Made by a program: the position numbers and the translations under genes. From NCBI GenBank assembly GCA_963829055.1, contig CAWHHI010000008.1, forward strand, positions 160,001 through 224,000: a stretch of DNA of 64,000 nt, read 5' to 3'. Below the pieces are notes generated by a model. The model saw only the letters and a program-made list of their open reading frames with translations, made no database searches and was not told where the DNA came from. Shown here piece by piece: positions 43,565-54,802 of this stretch; the first letter of the stretch is position 1; each line of letters opens with the position of its first letter. Source of the stretch: an uncultured Gemmatimonadaceae bacterium. Its GTDB lineage: Bacteria; Gemmatimonadota; Gemmatimonadetes; Gemmatimonadales; Gemmatimonadaceae.

Positions 43565-43706
43565 GTCATTCCGAGCGGAGGCCGGAGGCCGCAGTCGAGG
43601 AATCGTGATCGTCCGATAGAGAGCTCTCTACCGGCAGACGAGGTCCTCGACTCGCTCGCTCGCTCGGAATGACAACTCGCTCGGAATGACAACCGCTCGG
43701 AATGAC
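43565..43706. repeat. REP/RPE-like palindromic element with triplicated right end
   Basis: GTCATTCCGAGCG (43565-43577) pairs with CGCTCGGAATGAC copies ending at 43673, 43690 and 43706; inner GTCGAGGA/TCCTCGAC stem. Confidence 0.85.
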
Positions 43707-43732
43707 GGACGATCGTCGCGGAGCGCCTCGTC

Positions 43733-44257
43733 GTGCCTAACGACAAATCAACCATGACCCAGGACCGCCGGATGACCGAGCCCGGAACGACCGACACAAC
43801 GCCGCCTGCCCCGGTGCAGGGGAAGCCGCCGTCTCGCGTGATCGTGCGCTGGAAGGGCGAAGGAACCATGGCGTTCGAAGGCGGCAAGGCCAAGGGTGGT
43901 CCCACGATCACGGTCGACAACACCGGGAAGGCGGAGCCGGGGCCGGTGGACACCCTGCTCATCGCGCTCGCGGCGTGTACCACGGAAGACGTGCTGACGA
44001 TCCTGGCGAAGCGCCGAACCCCGGCGACGCGACTACAGATCGAAGTCGAAGGCAAGCGAGCGAACGCGACGCCAGCGCGGCTGACGCACATCCATCTCCG
44101 GTACGTGGTGGACGGCGAAGGGATCGACCGGGCGAACACGTTGCGCGCGATCGAGCTGGCCGTAACCAAGTACTGCTCGGTACGAGATTCGCTGGACAAG
44201 TCCATCGAGATCGAATGGTCGCTCGTTCTGAACGGGAGCGACGAAGCGGACGCCTGA
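43733..44257 (+). CDS. OsmC/YhfA family protein
   Basis: GPVDTLLIALAACT...KYCSV; start uncertain. Confidence 0.88.
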   Translation: MPNDKSTMTQDRRMTEPGTTDTTPPAPVQGKPPSRVIVRWKGEGTMAFEGGKAKGGPTITVDNTGKAEPGPVDTLLIALAACTTEDVLTILAKRRTPATRLQIEVEGKRANATPARLTHIHLRYVVDGEGIDRANTLRAIELAVTKYCSVRDSLDKSIEIEWSLVLNGSDEADA

Positions 44258-44428
44258 TGTCCGGTTTGCCCCCGGAGCTCTCGTATGTAGGCCAGTAGCC
44301 GCAGTCGCGTGTGGCACATCCGCATCGGGACGAGGCGACCCGACCGGCGAAGCCCGGTCAAAGACGTTCCGGCTCAATGGGTTGAATGACTCATGCGTGC
44401 CTGCACGAAACTCGCATAGGTTGTGGGC

Positions 44429-44858
44429 ATGCACCGTTCGCCGTATAGATCGCGCCCTGTCGCTCGTACTGTCGGTCTGGCTCGCCCTGTTTCTGGGCGG
44501 GTCGGAGCGTATCGTGCAGTGCTCGACGCATGGCGGCGGGACCATGGCCATGACGGCCCACGATGCCGCATCGAGCGGCACGACTGTCGTGGCGCACGAC
44601 CATCAGGCGGACGATTCCGTCGCCAGACGGATCACGGCGCGGGGCACACGTGTTCCTGCCCTGGTCCGGGGTGCTGCCCGCCCGCGGTGGCAACGGTCCC
44701 AGGATCGTCTGACGCCACTCGCCCACGTGGTCGCGGTTCACGAGGCAGTTGCCGTTTCCGCGCTCGCCGTGTTCGCGAGCGCGCAGGACCATCTCCATCC
44801 CCCTGCGACCGCGCCGCCCACCGTGGCGCCCGCGCCAGCGGTCTTTTCGGTCGTGTGA
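44429..44858 (+). CDS. DUF2946/CruR-like metal-responsive leader protein (frameshifted)
   Basis: Reconstructed across frames: signal/TM segment, CSTH, His-rich linker, CSCPGPGCC, C-terminal HPPATAPP; sits directly upstream of the TonB receptor. Confidence 0.6.
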
Positions 44859-45050
44859 GTGGGTCGCGCGCCTAACGCGCGCTGACCGCCCCACCGTTCT
44901 GCCGCTGTCCGTCCGAACGCGCGTATCACGCGCTTACACGTTCGGCGCGCACACACGCTTCTCGACAATTCGCCTGGTCGCTTCGGGCACACCCCACGGT
45001 GTGTCGCGTGAGCGCCGTCTGGTCCGAGATCACTCCCGCGGTGAACCGAT

Positions 45051-47379
45051 ATGAGTCGCTCGTTGTTGTTGGGCCGTAGCCTGCCCGTTGCCCTTTCCGC
45101 ATTGTTGCTGCTCGCACCCGCGCTTCGCGCGCAGGATGCCGGCACGATCGAAGGCACTGTTCGCGCGACCGGAAGCGGCGCGCCGCTGTCCGATGTCGTC
45201 GTTGCCGTGCAAGGCACCACGCGCGGCGCCATGACGGACGCACAGGGCAGATTCCGCATTGCCGCCGTTCCGCTCGGGGAGCGCGTCGTCACTGACCCGG
45301 ATCATCGGACATGCGCGCGGTGCGCAGACCGATTCAGGTGACGGCGGACAGCGTCGTCGCACGTCGACTTCTCGCTGACGGAAGTCGCTGCCGTCATCGC
45401 GCCGACCGTGGTGAGTGCGACGCGTGAGGTGCAGCGTCGCACGGATCAGTCGTCGACGATCGATGTGCTCGAAGGCGCCGCGATTCGCGAGGTGCGCGCG
45501 GCTCACCCGTCCGGCATCATGCAGCGGCTGCCCGGCGTCCACGCGACGCAGCTGTCTGGCGAGGGCTTGAGCATGGCCATCCGCCAGCCGATCACGACCA
45601 AGCCGATGTACCTGTATCTCGAAGACGGCGTGCCGACGCGCTCGACCGGCTTCTTCAACCACAACGCGCTCTACGAAGTGAACCTGCCGCAGGCGGGCGG
45701 GCTCGAAGTCCTGAAGGGACCCGGCACCGCGCTGTACGGCAGTGACGCGATCGGCGGCGTCGTGAACGTGCTCACGCGTGCCGCTCCGGTCACGCCGACG
45801 CTCGACGCGACGGTGGAAGGCGGGCAGTTCGGCTACACGCGCATGCTGGCGACTGGCGGCTTCACGAAGGGCGTCAACGGGGTGCGTGCGGACCTCAACC
45901 TCACGCATGCGGACGGATGGCGAGACGAGGGCGGCTTCAAGCGCCAGAGCGGAACGATCCGCTGGGATGGCGCGTTCGGCGCGTTCACGACGAAGACCGT
46001 GGTCGCCGCGCTCGAACATTGATCAGGCGGAAGCGGCCGGGCTGACTCAGGCGCAGTACGATTCGCGCCCCGAGATCAACCCGTCGCCGATCGCGTTCCG
46101 AAAGGTGCAGGCGCTCCGCGTGTCGACGGCGATCGAGAAGGACAACGGGCGCAGCCTGTTCAGCCTAACGCCGTACGCTCGTCACAACGTGCTCGAGATC
46201 ATGCCCTCGTGGCAGCTGACGTTCAACCAGCAAGTCTGGGACACGCGGAACAACTCGGTCGGCTTGCTGGCGAAGTACCGCCGCGACTTCGCGCCGATGC
46301 GCACGCGCGTGATCGCGGGTGCAGACCTGGACCTGAGCCCGGGCTCGTTCGTGGCGAACAAGATCACGGCGCCGGCGAGCGGCGGGATCTTCCCCTCGTA
46401 CACGACGGGCGAAAAGCAGTACGACTACGATGTCACCTATCGTCAGGCGTCGCCGTACGTGCACACCGAGTTTTCGCCGGTGAGCCGCCTGCGCCTCGAC
46501 GCTGGCGTGCGGTACGATGCGTCCGGCTACGTCTACGACACGAAGCTCGATCCGATCCAGACGGGCCGCTGGCGCCGGCCGGCCGACACGACGGTCAACT
46601 ACACGCGCCTGAGCCCGAAGCTCGGCGCGACACTCGACGTGACGCGCAACGTCAACCTGTTCGCGTCGTACCGCGAAGGGTTCCGCGCACCGGGGCAGAG
46701 CCAGCTGTTCCAGCAGAACTCCAACGTGGCGAGCACCGTCGGCCTCAAGCCGGTGACGGCGAAGAGCGTCGAGGGCGGAGCGCGCGGACAGGTCGGCGGT
46801 CGGCTCATCTACTCGCTTGCCATCTATGACATGCACATCCAGAACGACATCCTGAGCGTCCTCGACGCGCAGGGCGCGCAAACGACGTCGAACGCGGGCG
46901 AGACGCGGCACCGCGGCGTGGAAGCTCAGCGCCGGGACCATGATCACGAGCCAGCTCCGATTCGACGCGGCGTACTCGACGTCGAAGCAGACGTACGAGG
47001 AGTGGGTGATCCCGGTGGCTGGCAAGAACGTGAGCTACGCCGGGAAGACGATCGAAACGGCGCCGCACACGTCGACGAACCTGCTGCTGACGTACTCGCC
47101 TAACGTTTGAACGGCGGTCGCGTCGCGGCCGAGTGGTCGGCGACCGGCAAGTACTACGCGGATCCGGAGAACACGCAGACGTACGATGGCTTCAACCTCA
47201 TCACGCTGCACGGCAACTACGTGCTCCGTAACATCGGCGAGTTCTTCGTGCGCGTGACGAACGTGACGAACGAGAAGTACTCGGAGGTCGCGACGTACAA
47301 CGCGTTCAACAAGTGGCAGTACACGCCGGGCACGCCGCGGTCGGTGTTCGCGGGGTTGCGATACAACTGGCAGAAGTGA
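45051..47379 (+). CDS. TonB-dependent receptor with N-terminal carboxypeptidase-regulatory-like domain (several frameshifts)
   Basis: TDAQGRF, VVSATR, EVLKGPGTALYGSDAIGGVVN plug motif, beta-barrel strands, C-terminal PGTPRSVFAGLRYNWQK. Confidence 0.92.
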
Positions 47380-48668
47380 TGAAGATGAAACGAAACCACT
47401 TCCCCGCTCTCCTCGCACTCGTGCTCACGGCCGCGTGTCGTGACGCCGGAGCGCGCACGACGTTCTCCGATCCCGAGACGGTGAGTGCGGCAACGACCGT
47501 CGGCGCCGCGCCCATGTTCGCGCTGTCGCCCAGCGGCAAGCGCGCCGTCGCGTGGGTGTCGGCGCCCGGTGGCGGCACCGACGGTCGGCTCTACGTCACC
47601 ACCGGCGGCGCGCCGACCGAGTTGCGTGACTCGTTAGGCCCCATCGAACCACACGGTGAAGCGCCACCGAAGCTCTCCTATGGTCCTGACGGCACGCTGT
47701 ACGCGCTGTACGCCGTCGGCAAGGTCGTGCCGGGACGGCGGTTTCCGATGAGCTCTCTTCGCCTGGCGAAGTCGGCCGACGACGGCAAAACCTGGACGGC
47801 ACCAGTCACGATCGCGTCCGACAGTGCGTTCGGCACGCGCAACTTCCACGCACTCCACGTGGGCAGCGATGGCGCGCTCTACGTCGCCTGGCTCGAGGCA
47901 AGCCAGGGCAAGTCGAAGACGTTCCTGACGCGCTCCACCGATCAGGGTACGACGTGGACGACTCCGGTCGCCGCCGACGTCAACCAGTCGTGCCCGTGCT
48001 GCCGCACGGCGATCGCGACGGCGGACGACGGTACGCTGTACCTCGCGTGGCGTACGGTGCTGCCGGGTAACGTCCGTGACGTCGTCGTCGCGAGATCGAG
48101 CGATCACGGCGCGACGTGGGCGGCGCCGGTTCGCGTGCACGCCGATGACTGGGTGTTCGACGGCTGCCCGCACGCTGGTCCGTCGATGCAGGTCGATTCC
48201 GCCGGCACGGTGCACATCGCGTGGTGGACCGGGAAGCAGGGCGCGGCCGGCACATTCTACGCCCGATCGGCCGACCGAGGCGCAACGTTCGGGACGCCGA
48301 TCCCACTCGGGGTCGGCGAATTCTCAGCGCCTGCGCACGTCCAGCTCGCGTTAGGCCAGGGGCACACGGTCGTCGCCGTGTGGGACGATGGCACGGTGAG
48401 GACGCCGAAGGTCGTGATGCGCGTCTCGCACGACAACGGCGAGTCATTCAGCCCTGCCGCGCTCGTGAGCACCGAAGGGCGAGCGGCGACGTTCCCCGTG
48501 CTGGCGCTGCGCGACCGAGATCTAACGATCGCATGGTCCGAGCAGTCGGAGGCCGAACACGATCACGAGAAGGAGATGGCGCCGAACATGAAGGACCCCA
48601 AAGCCATGAAGGGCCTGTCACGGGTCGGTGAGTCGGCTGTGCGCGTTCGTAACGGGCGCCTGCAATGA
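47379..48668 (+). CDS. BNR/Asp-box (sialidase-like) lipoprotein with Cys/His metal motifs
   Basis: Lipobox TAAC; SxDxGxTW repeats; CPCCR, DGCPHAGP; His/Met-rich tail; TGATG overlap with the receptor gene. Confidence 0.85.
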   Translation: MKMKRNHFPALLALVLTAACRDAGARTTFSDPETVSAATTVGAAPMFALSPSGKRAVAWVSAPGGGTDGRLYVTTGGAPTELRDSLGPIEPHGEAPPKLSYGPDGTLYALYAVGKVVPGRRFPMSSLRLAKSADDGKTWTAPVTIASDSAFGTRNFHALHVGSDGALYVAWLEASQGKSKTFLTRSTDQGTTWTTPVAADVNQSCPCCRTAIATADDGTLYLAWRTVLPGNVRDVVVARSSDHGATWAAPVRVHADDWVFDGCPHAGPSMQVDSAGTVHIAWWTGKQGAAGTFYARSADRGATFGTPIPLGVGEFSAPAHVQLALGQGHTVVAVWDDGTVRTPKVVMRVSHDNGESFSPAALVSTEGRAATFPVLALRDRDLTIAWSEQSEAEHDHEKEMAPNMKDPKAMKGLSRVGESAVRVRNGRLQ

Positions 48669-49255
48669 GCCGCCGCGTGAAATGGTTCCTGGCCCGTCCG
48701 GCTGCGGTGTTTGCCACGGCTCTGCTCGGCGCGCTCGGCGCCTGCAGGCCTAACGCTGATTCCGCCGACGCGTTTCGGCCGATTGCGGTTGGCGAGCTAG
48801 TGCCCGAATACGCGGTGCGAACGCTCGAGGGCGACAGCGCTCGTGTGACGGCCGCGCAGCCGGTGACGCTGCTCCACGTCTGGGCGACCTGGTGTGGGCC
48901 ATGCGAGAAGGAGTTTCCGGAGATCGAAGCCCTTCAGCGCGAGTTCGCGCCGCGCGGACTCCGTATCGTCGCGGTGAGCGTCGACGAAGGTGACGACGAT
49001 GCGGTCCAAGCGTTCGTGAAGGAGAAAGGCGCGACCTTCGAGATCGGCCGCGACCCGACGGGCGCTGTCCGTCGCCTGTATCAGGGCATCGGTGTGCCGG
49101 AGAGCTATCTCATTTCCGCGGACGGTCGCCTGCTCGTTCGCCAGTTCGGCGCCATTCCCGAGGGTGCCGCCGCGATGCGCGCCGCGATCGAGAAGGCGCT
49201 CGCGGCGCAGGCACAGGCGAGCCCCTCCCGTGAGGTCAGGCGAACGTCGACCTAA
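48665..49255 (+). CDS. TlpA-family thiol-disulfide reductase lipoprotein
   Basis: WATWCGPC, AVSVD, GVPESYLI. Confidence 0.92.
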   Translation: MSRRVKWFLARPAAVFATALLGALGACRPNADSADAFRPIAVGELVPEYAVRTLEGDSARVTAAQPVTLLHVWATWCGPCEKEFPEIEALQREFAPRGLRIVAVSVDEGDDDAVQAFVKEKGATFEIGRDPTGAVRRLYQGIGVPESYLISADGRLLVRQFGAIPEGAAAMRAAIEKALAAQAQASPSREVRRTST

Positions 49256-49277
49256 CGATTCGTCGCGCGGACGCCCG

Positions 49278-50714
49278 TCAGCGAGAACCGTCGAGGGGCG
49301 AGAGCGCGCCGAGCACCTGCTGCCGGCGCGCTTCGTCGTTCGTGATGATGATGGCCGCGAGATTCCGGTCGATGACCATCGTCGGCTGCGCACGCCACTT
49401 GATCATCATCCCGGGCGGAGCGACCCTCGCGGTGTCGAGTTTCGCCGTGTCCATCGCGCGCGTGGCGGAATCGGCGTAGATGAACAGCTGCAGCTGATCG
49501 CCGTCAGCGAGCTCGTAGGACTTCGCCGGAATCGACATGAAGATGTGCGGGCCGGTCTCGGGCAGCGCTCGGGCCGCAATACCGGCATCGCGCAGCCGCC
49601 GCTCGACGACCTCGGCGGACCAGAGTGGCGTCATGTTGTGGCCGGCGTGGCCCTCATGGCCGGTCGATGCAGGCGATGTCGCGGGCGCAGGAGTCGCGAG
49701 GCCGGCACCGCCCGACGCCCCGCCCATCTTCGCGACGCCCATCGATACGGCCATGTTCTGCCATTCGGCCACGGTCATCACGGACGAGGTATCGTCGCGA
49801 TACCGCCGCGCGGCAAGCAGGATCTCGGCTCGCTTTCGCGATCGCGGAATGGTCGTGTCGGCGAGCACATCGGAGATGACGTCGTGCATCGCGTGGAGGT
49901 TGTCGAAGATGATCGCGACCTCCGGATAGCGGCGGGAGAACTCCGGCGCGACGGCCGCAGTCATTGGCATCACGGCCGGCATGCTCGCCGGCGGGTTCGC
50001 AAGCATCTGCCTGAACCGCGCGAGCGCGGCGGTCACTCCCTGTTGTCGCTCGTCTCGCGTTCTGGCCGTGACGAGAGGCTCGTAGAGCCCGATCTGCAGC
50101 CAGTGATAGGCCCAGATCAACCCGTTGAACTTTGGATAGCGTCGCCGGAACGCGAGCGAATACGGCTGGCCCTCCATGAGGTCCATGTCCTTCGGCTGAC
50201 TGCTGAACGCGACATCCCGACGTGACCTGTAGTACCTGACGAGCTCGCGAATGGCGGCGTCCTTCTGGTCAACCGGGATGCGCTCGTCCGCCCAGACGTC
50301 GTACACCTGGCGATGCAGCACGTGCGCCCACTCGAACATCTGCTTCGCTTCGGGGACGAGCTTCGCGTACTCCGGCTCGATCGCCGACTCCTCGAGTGGT
50401 AGCCGCGGCGGCTTCACGAGGAGCCGACGTGTTATGAAGTCGTACTCGGCCTGTTCGAGTCGCGCGACGGGAGCCGACGGCGCTCTCAACAGCGTTTCGT
50501 ACAGGATCGCATGGCCGTAGTCGAACGCGTTGAATAGCCGGTCCGCAGTCGGGTAGTTCGCGCGGAACTGCCAGTTGTGGGATGCCTGACGATAGAACTG
50601 GTCGTGCGCCGTGGACCACTGCGAGAGTACAGGGCGCCCGCTGGACGCCAGCGCAGTGAGTGCCAGCGCCACGGAGAGAAACGGACGCACTCGCGAACCG
50701 CGAACAGGAGGCAT
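49278..50714 (-). CDS. Exported His-rich helical protein of unknown function with an internal two-fold repeat
   Basis: Signal peptide; FDYGHAILYE/AHVLH and AYHWLQIGLYE/LHAMH modules; HEGHAGH linker. Confidence 0.75.
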   Translation of the reverse strand: MPPVRGSRVRPFLSVALALTALASSGRPVLSQWSTAHDQFYRQASHNWQFRANYPTADRLFNAFDYGHAILYETLLRAPSAPVARLEQAEYDFITRRLLVKPPRLPLEESAIEPEYAKLVPEAKQMFEWAHVLHRQVYDVWADERIPVDQKDAAIRELVRYYRSRRDVAFSSQPKDMDLMEGQPYSLAFRRRYPKFNGLIWAYHWLQIGLYEPLVTARTRDERQQGVTAALARFRQMLANPPASMPAVMPMTAAVAPEFSRRYPEVAIIFDNLHAMHDVISDVLADTTIPRSRKRAEILLAARRYRDDTSSVMTVAEWQNMAVSMGVAKMGGASGGAGLATPAPATSPASTGHEGHAGHNMTPLWSAEVVERRLRDAGIAARALPETGPHIFMSIPAKSYELADGDQLQLFIYADSATRAMDTAKLDTARVAPPGMMIKWRAQPTMVIDRNLAAIIITNDEARRQQVLGALSPLDGSR

Positions 50715-51574
50715 CAGCGAAGTCCCAGCGCGAACGCTGAGCCGAAGGTTACATACCATGCTCGGTCGTCTCCGGTGAATCGACGACCGATCCCGCCGTC
50801 GATCGCCCAGCGAGGCGCGAGTTGATAGCGCAGGCCCGCTGCGGCGTTCCACGCCACGGATTCCGCACTGTCGATGGGCTGCTCGGCGAAGGACTCGATG
50901 CTCACGAGCAGCGAGTGCAGCGGAAACGTCTTGTCGACGGCGACGCCCGCGAGCCATCGCGACACATCCGAGCTCTGAACGGAGGATGGGACATCAGTAC
51001 CAGTCGTAGTACCGGTCGCAGTTTGGCTCGGCCCGACGGTGAGTTGGGCGTTCGCGTGGAACCGAGCCCATGGCGTCGTTCGCGTGACGATGCCCTTGAG
51101 CGTGCCGTACGTCGCATCGGCGGCAAGCGGTCCGGCGGGCAGTACCACGTCAGCCGCAACCGCGAGCGCCGGAATCGATGTCTCGGCGTTCAACGCATGG
51201 AGCAGAGAGATCTCGAGACCCGCAACGCCGCCACTCGACGTTCCGTTCGCATCCAGATACGCGATAGGCAGGCCGACCTGAAGCTGTGTACGGGGCAGCA
51301 ACCCGACAGCCGTTTCCGGGTGCAGCGACCACCGCCGCTGGCCGCCGCCCGCACTCTCGAAGCGTAGTGGTGCGACGTCGAACTCGATCGCGCGGTACTC
51401 TACCGGGGATGCGTCCTCTATCCGGAGCGGACGGCCGACGCTCGTGTTGTAGTAGTCAGTCTGCGCTTCCACGAGACGCGCCGACGGAAACAGCCCGAGG
51501 AGCGCTGCCACACCTAACGAGATGCACCGGCGAGGCAGTCCGCCCGACTCCGACCTTGCAGCTTGAAGTTTCAT
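50714..51574 (-). CDS. Putative outer-membrane beta-barrel
   Basis: Signal peptide, alternating amphipathic strands, C-terminal WYVTFGSAFALGLR. Confidence 0.7.
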   Translation of the reverse strand: MKLQAARSESGGLPRRCISLGVAALLGLFPSARLVEAQTDYYNTSVGRPLRIEDASPVEYRAIEFDVAPLRFESAGGGQRRWSLHPETAVGLLPRTQLQVGLPIAYLDANGTSSGGVAGLEISLLHALNAETSIPALAVAADVVLPAGPLAADATYGTLKGIVTRTTPWARFHANAQLTVGPSQTATGTTTGTDVPSSVQSSDVSRWLAGVAVDKTFPLHSLLVSIESFAEQPIDSAESVAWNAAAGLRYQLAPRWAIDGGIGRRFTGDDRAWYVTFGSAFALGLR

Positions 51575-51993
51575 CACCGGGCGTGCTTGTACATCAGCTC
51601 GAGAAGCTCGTCGTACATGGCGTCGGCTTTATCGGATCCGGAAGCAATCGCTGTCGAGGCGCAGTGTTTCAGGTGGTTGCGCATCAGCTCGCGTCCGACA
51701 GAACGCAGCGCCTCGTGAACCGACGAAATCTGCATCATGATGTCTGCGCAGTAGCGATCATCGTCGACCATTTTCTGCAGTCCGCGAATCTGACCCTCAA
51801 TGCGGCGCAGACGCTTCACGTTCCGCGCCTTGATGTCGGGGTCGACGGCAACCGCGTGGCGATGCTCGCCCGACTCGTCGGCCGCTCCGCAGGCACAGCC
51901 GACGACCGTCGGTTCCTCCTGGGCGTCCGTCCGAACGTCCGTGGAACGCGTGCGGCGCAGGTGGGGCGCTGGTGTGGTTGCCACGGGTGTCAC
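51574..51993 (-). CDS. csoR: CsoR copper-sensing repressor
   Basis: [23 protein letters not shown] (C-H-C signature). Confidence 0.93.
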   Translation of the reverse strand: MTPVATTPAPHLRRTRSTDVRTDAQEEPTVVGCACGAADESGEHRHAVAVDPDIKARNVKRLRRIEGQIRGLQKMVDDDRYCADIMMQISSVHEALRSVGRELMRNHLKHCASTAIASGSDKADAMYDELLELMYKHAR

Positions 51994-54377
51994 CTCGTTG
52001 CTACGCGCGGGTCATAGCGTCGCAGTCGAAGGCTGTTCGACACGACACTCACAGAGCTGAACGCCATCGCGGCGCTCGCGAGTATGGGACTGAGCAGGAT
52101 TCCGACGACGGGGTAGAGTGCGCCCGCGGCAACAGGAATGCCCACGACGTTGTAGATGAATGCCCAGAAGAGGTTCTGCTTCATCGTGCGCATCGTTCGC
52201 CGCGAGAGCGCGATGGCGTGCGCGACGGCAGCGAGATCACCGCGCATGAGCGTTACGTCGCTGGCCTCGATCGCGATGTCGGTGCCTGACCCGACCGCAA
52301 TCCCGATATCAGCCTGCGCCAGCGCGGGAGCATCGTTTACGCCGTCACCTACCATGGCCACAACTTTCCCCGCCGACTGGAGCCGCTTTACCTCCGCGAC
52401 CTTGCCGTCGGGCAGCACGCCCGCGACGACGTCATCGATGCCAATCGCATGGGCGACAGCCGAGGCAACGCGCTCGTTGTCGCCGGTGAGCAGCACAACC
52501 TCCAGGCCCATGCGACGGAGTGAAGCAACCGCCTCACGCGAGCCCGCCTTGATCGGATCCGCGATCGCGATTGCGCCCGCGAGCGCGCCATCCACGGCGA
52601 CGAACACCACGGTCTTCGCTTCGCGCGCCAACCGGTCGGCATGGCCGGCGAGCGGCGACACGTCGATGCTCCACTCTTCCATGAGCCGCGCGTTACCGGC
52701 CGCGACGGCAGTTCCAGCCACGACGCCCGTCACGCCACGGCCGGTGTGTGACACGAATGACTCGGCGGTGCCTAACGTCGCGCCACGATCCCGCGCGGCG
52801 GCAACGATCGCGTCGGCAAGCGGATGCTCGGACTGTCGTTCGACGGTCGCGACGAGCGTCAGCACCTCGGCCTCGCTCCGACCATCCGGCGTGACGACCA
52901 CGTCCGTCACTGCAGGGCGCCCCTCCGTCACCGTTCCTGTCTTGTCGAGGACGACGGTGTCGAGCGAGCCGGCGCGCTGGAGCGCCTCTCCACCCTTGAT
53001 CAGAATACCGAGCTCCGCGCCCTTCCCCGTCGCGACCATGACCGCGGTCGGCACGGCGAGCCCCATCGCGCACGGACAGGCAATGATCAACACCGCAACC
53101 GCAGCCGCGAACGCGCGAACCGCGGGAGCCGTATCGGCGACGACGTACCAGATGGCGAACGTCGCGATCGCGAGCGAGATCACGACCGGCACAAATACCG
53201 CACTGATCCGGTCAGCGAGCCGCTGAATCGGCGCGCGGGAGCCCTGCGCCTCACGCATCAACCGAATGATCTGCGCCAATGTGCTGTCAGCGCCGAGCGT
53301 CGTCGCGCGATAGCGAAATGCGCCCGTGCGGTTGACCGTGCCGCCGATCACGCGGTCGCCGGTCTGCTTCTTCACCGGATCGGACTCGCCGGTCAGCATG
53401 GACTCGTCCACAGCGCTCGTTCCGCTCACGACCTCGCCGTCCACCGGCAGGCGCTCGCCGGGCCGCACCGTGACGACGTCACCGCGCCTAACGTCGGCGA
53501 CGGCAATGTCGACCTCGACGCCGTCACGCTCGACCCTGGCCGTCGTCGGCTGCAACGCAGCGAGGCCACGCAACGCCGTCGCCGTCTGGCGCTTGGCGCG
53601 CGCTTCGAGCGCATTGCCCACCAGAATCAGCGCAATGATGATGATCACGGCCTCGTAATACGTGTCCGGCGCAACGCCACGGTCGATGAAGAAGCGCGGC
53701 GCGACGGTCGCAAACACGGAGAACACGAACGCGGCGCCCGTGCCGACGGCGATGAGCGTATTCATGTCCGCCGAGTGGTGGCGGAAAGAGGCCCAGGCTC
53801 GCGTGTAGAAGTGACGACCGGCCCACACCATGATGCCGAGCGTCAACGCCAGAAGCGCGTAGGCGATGACCCGAGGATCTACCGCGTAGAGCCACGGCAA
53901 CGCGCCGCTGAGCACGGGCGTGAGCGACGACGACACCCACCTCATGAATGGGTCGGACGTGCCTCCCATCGCGCCGTGCACGCTGGGCGTCATGAGCGGC
54001 ATCGAGATGAGCATCGCGACGACACCCGCAACGAAGCTGACGATCGCCTTTCGCTTGAGCTCCGCATACTCCTCGGCGTAGGCGACATCCTGGGCTTCCT
54101 GCTCCTCGAGCGCGGTGCGGTCGATGGCGGGAAGGTCAGCGCCGTATCCGGTTGCGCGGATCGCGTCGATCAAGGCCTCGGGCGAGGCGGCAGCGGGATC
54201 GTACGTCACGGTCGCGGTATTCGTCATCAAGTTGACCGCCGCGTCGTGGACGCCAGGCTGGCGCGTGAGCGTGCGCTGCACGCGCGCCTGACACGCCGCG
54301 CACGTCATCCCCGAGACGGGGATGTCGATGCGCTCGTCGGACTCGTGTATCTCGTTAGGTGCAACGCGTGTTGCCAT
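51990..54377 (-). CDS. copA: Cu(I)-translocating P1B-1 ATPase
   Basis: [36 protein letters not shown]. Confidence 0.96.
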   Translation of the reverse strand: MATRVAPNEIHESDERIDIPVSGMTCAACQARVQRTLTRQPGVHDAAVNLMTNTATVTYDPAAASPEALIDAIRATGYGADLPAIDRTALEEQEAQDVAYAEEYAELKRKAIVSFVAGVVAMLISMPLMTPSVHGAMGGTSDPFMRWVSSSLTPVLSGALPWLYAVDPRVIAYALLALTLGIMVWAGRHFYTRAWASFRHHSADMNTLIAVGTGAAFVFSVFATVAPRFFIDRGVAPDTYYEAVIIIIALILVGNALEARAKRQTATALRGLAALQPTTARVERDGVEVDIAVADVRRGDVVTVRPGERLPVDGEVVSGTSAVDESMLTGESDPVKKQTGDRVIGGTVNRTGAFRYRATTLGADSTLAQIIRLMREAQGSRAPIQRLADRISAVFVPVVISLAIATFAIWYVVADTAPAVRAFAAAVAVLIIACPCAMGLAVPTAVMVATGKGAELGILIKGGEALQRAGSLDTVVLDKTGTVTEGRPAVTDVVVTPDGRSEAEVLTLVATVERQSEHPLADAIVAAARDRGATLGTAESFVSHTGRGVTGVVAGTAVAAGNARLMEEWSIDVSPLAGHADRLAREAKTVVFVAVDGALAGAIAIADPIKAGSREAVASLRRMGLEVVLLTGDNERVASAVAHAIGIDDVVAGVLPDGKVAEVKRLQSAGKVVAMVGDGVNDAPALAQADIGIAVGSGTDIAIEASDVTLMRGDLAAVAHAIALSRRTMRTMKQNLFWAFIYNVVGIPVAAGALYPVVGILLSPILASAAMAFSSVSVVSNSLRLRRYDPRVATR

Positions 54378-54410
54378 GATTCCCTTCCTCGGCTCGGCCG
54401 TCGGAGTTCG

Positions 54411-54792
54411 TCAGTGTTCGACGACGAGCGTGCCGTGCAGCATGCCCATACCGCACGTGAAGTCGAAACGGCCCGGCTGCGCGGGGCGTCAGTTCCACGA
54501 CGGTCTTCTGAAACGCGGGCAGAAATCTCCGGATGCCGAAGTCGCCGAGCACGATCTCCTCCGAGCAGCTCGACGTCTCCTGTCGGTCGAACACCAGGCG
54601 AAGCGGCATTCCTTCTTTCGCGTGAATCACGGCGGGTGTGTAGCCACCCTTCACCGTGATCGCGACTTCCTGCACGCCACCGCTCGTCGTGACAGCGCTG
54701 GCGGACGCCCGCTCCGCGGCGAAGAAGTACCAGTTGACCCAGCCAATCGCGACGACCGCTCCGGCAATGACCAGCCAATCGTTCATCGACAT
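54411..54792 (-). CDS. Membrane-anchored cupredoxin-domain protein (CupA-like), frameshift near 54470
   Basis: TM helix, GGYTP, SSCSEEI; other frame ends FTCGMGMLHGTLVVEH*. Confidence 0.85.
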
Positions 54793-54802
54793 TTGACGAT
54801 CC

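Noticed and set aside
43661..43706. Three CGCTCGGAATGAC direct repeats as a mini CRISPR array
   Set aside because: Repeats are 13 bp with 3-4-nt spacers and there are no cas genes; they belong to a palindromic REP-like element.
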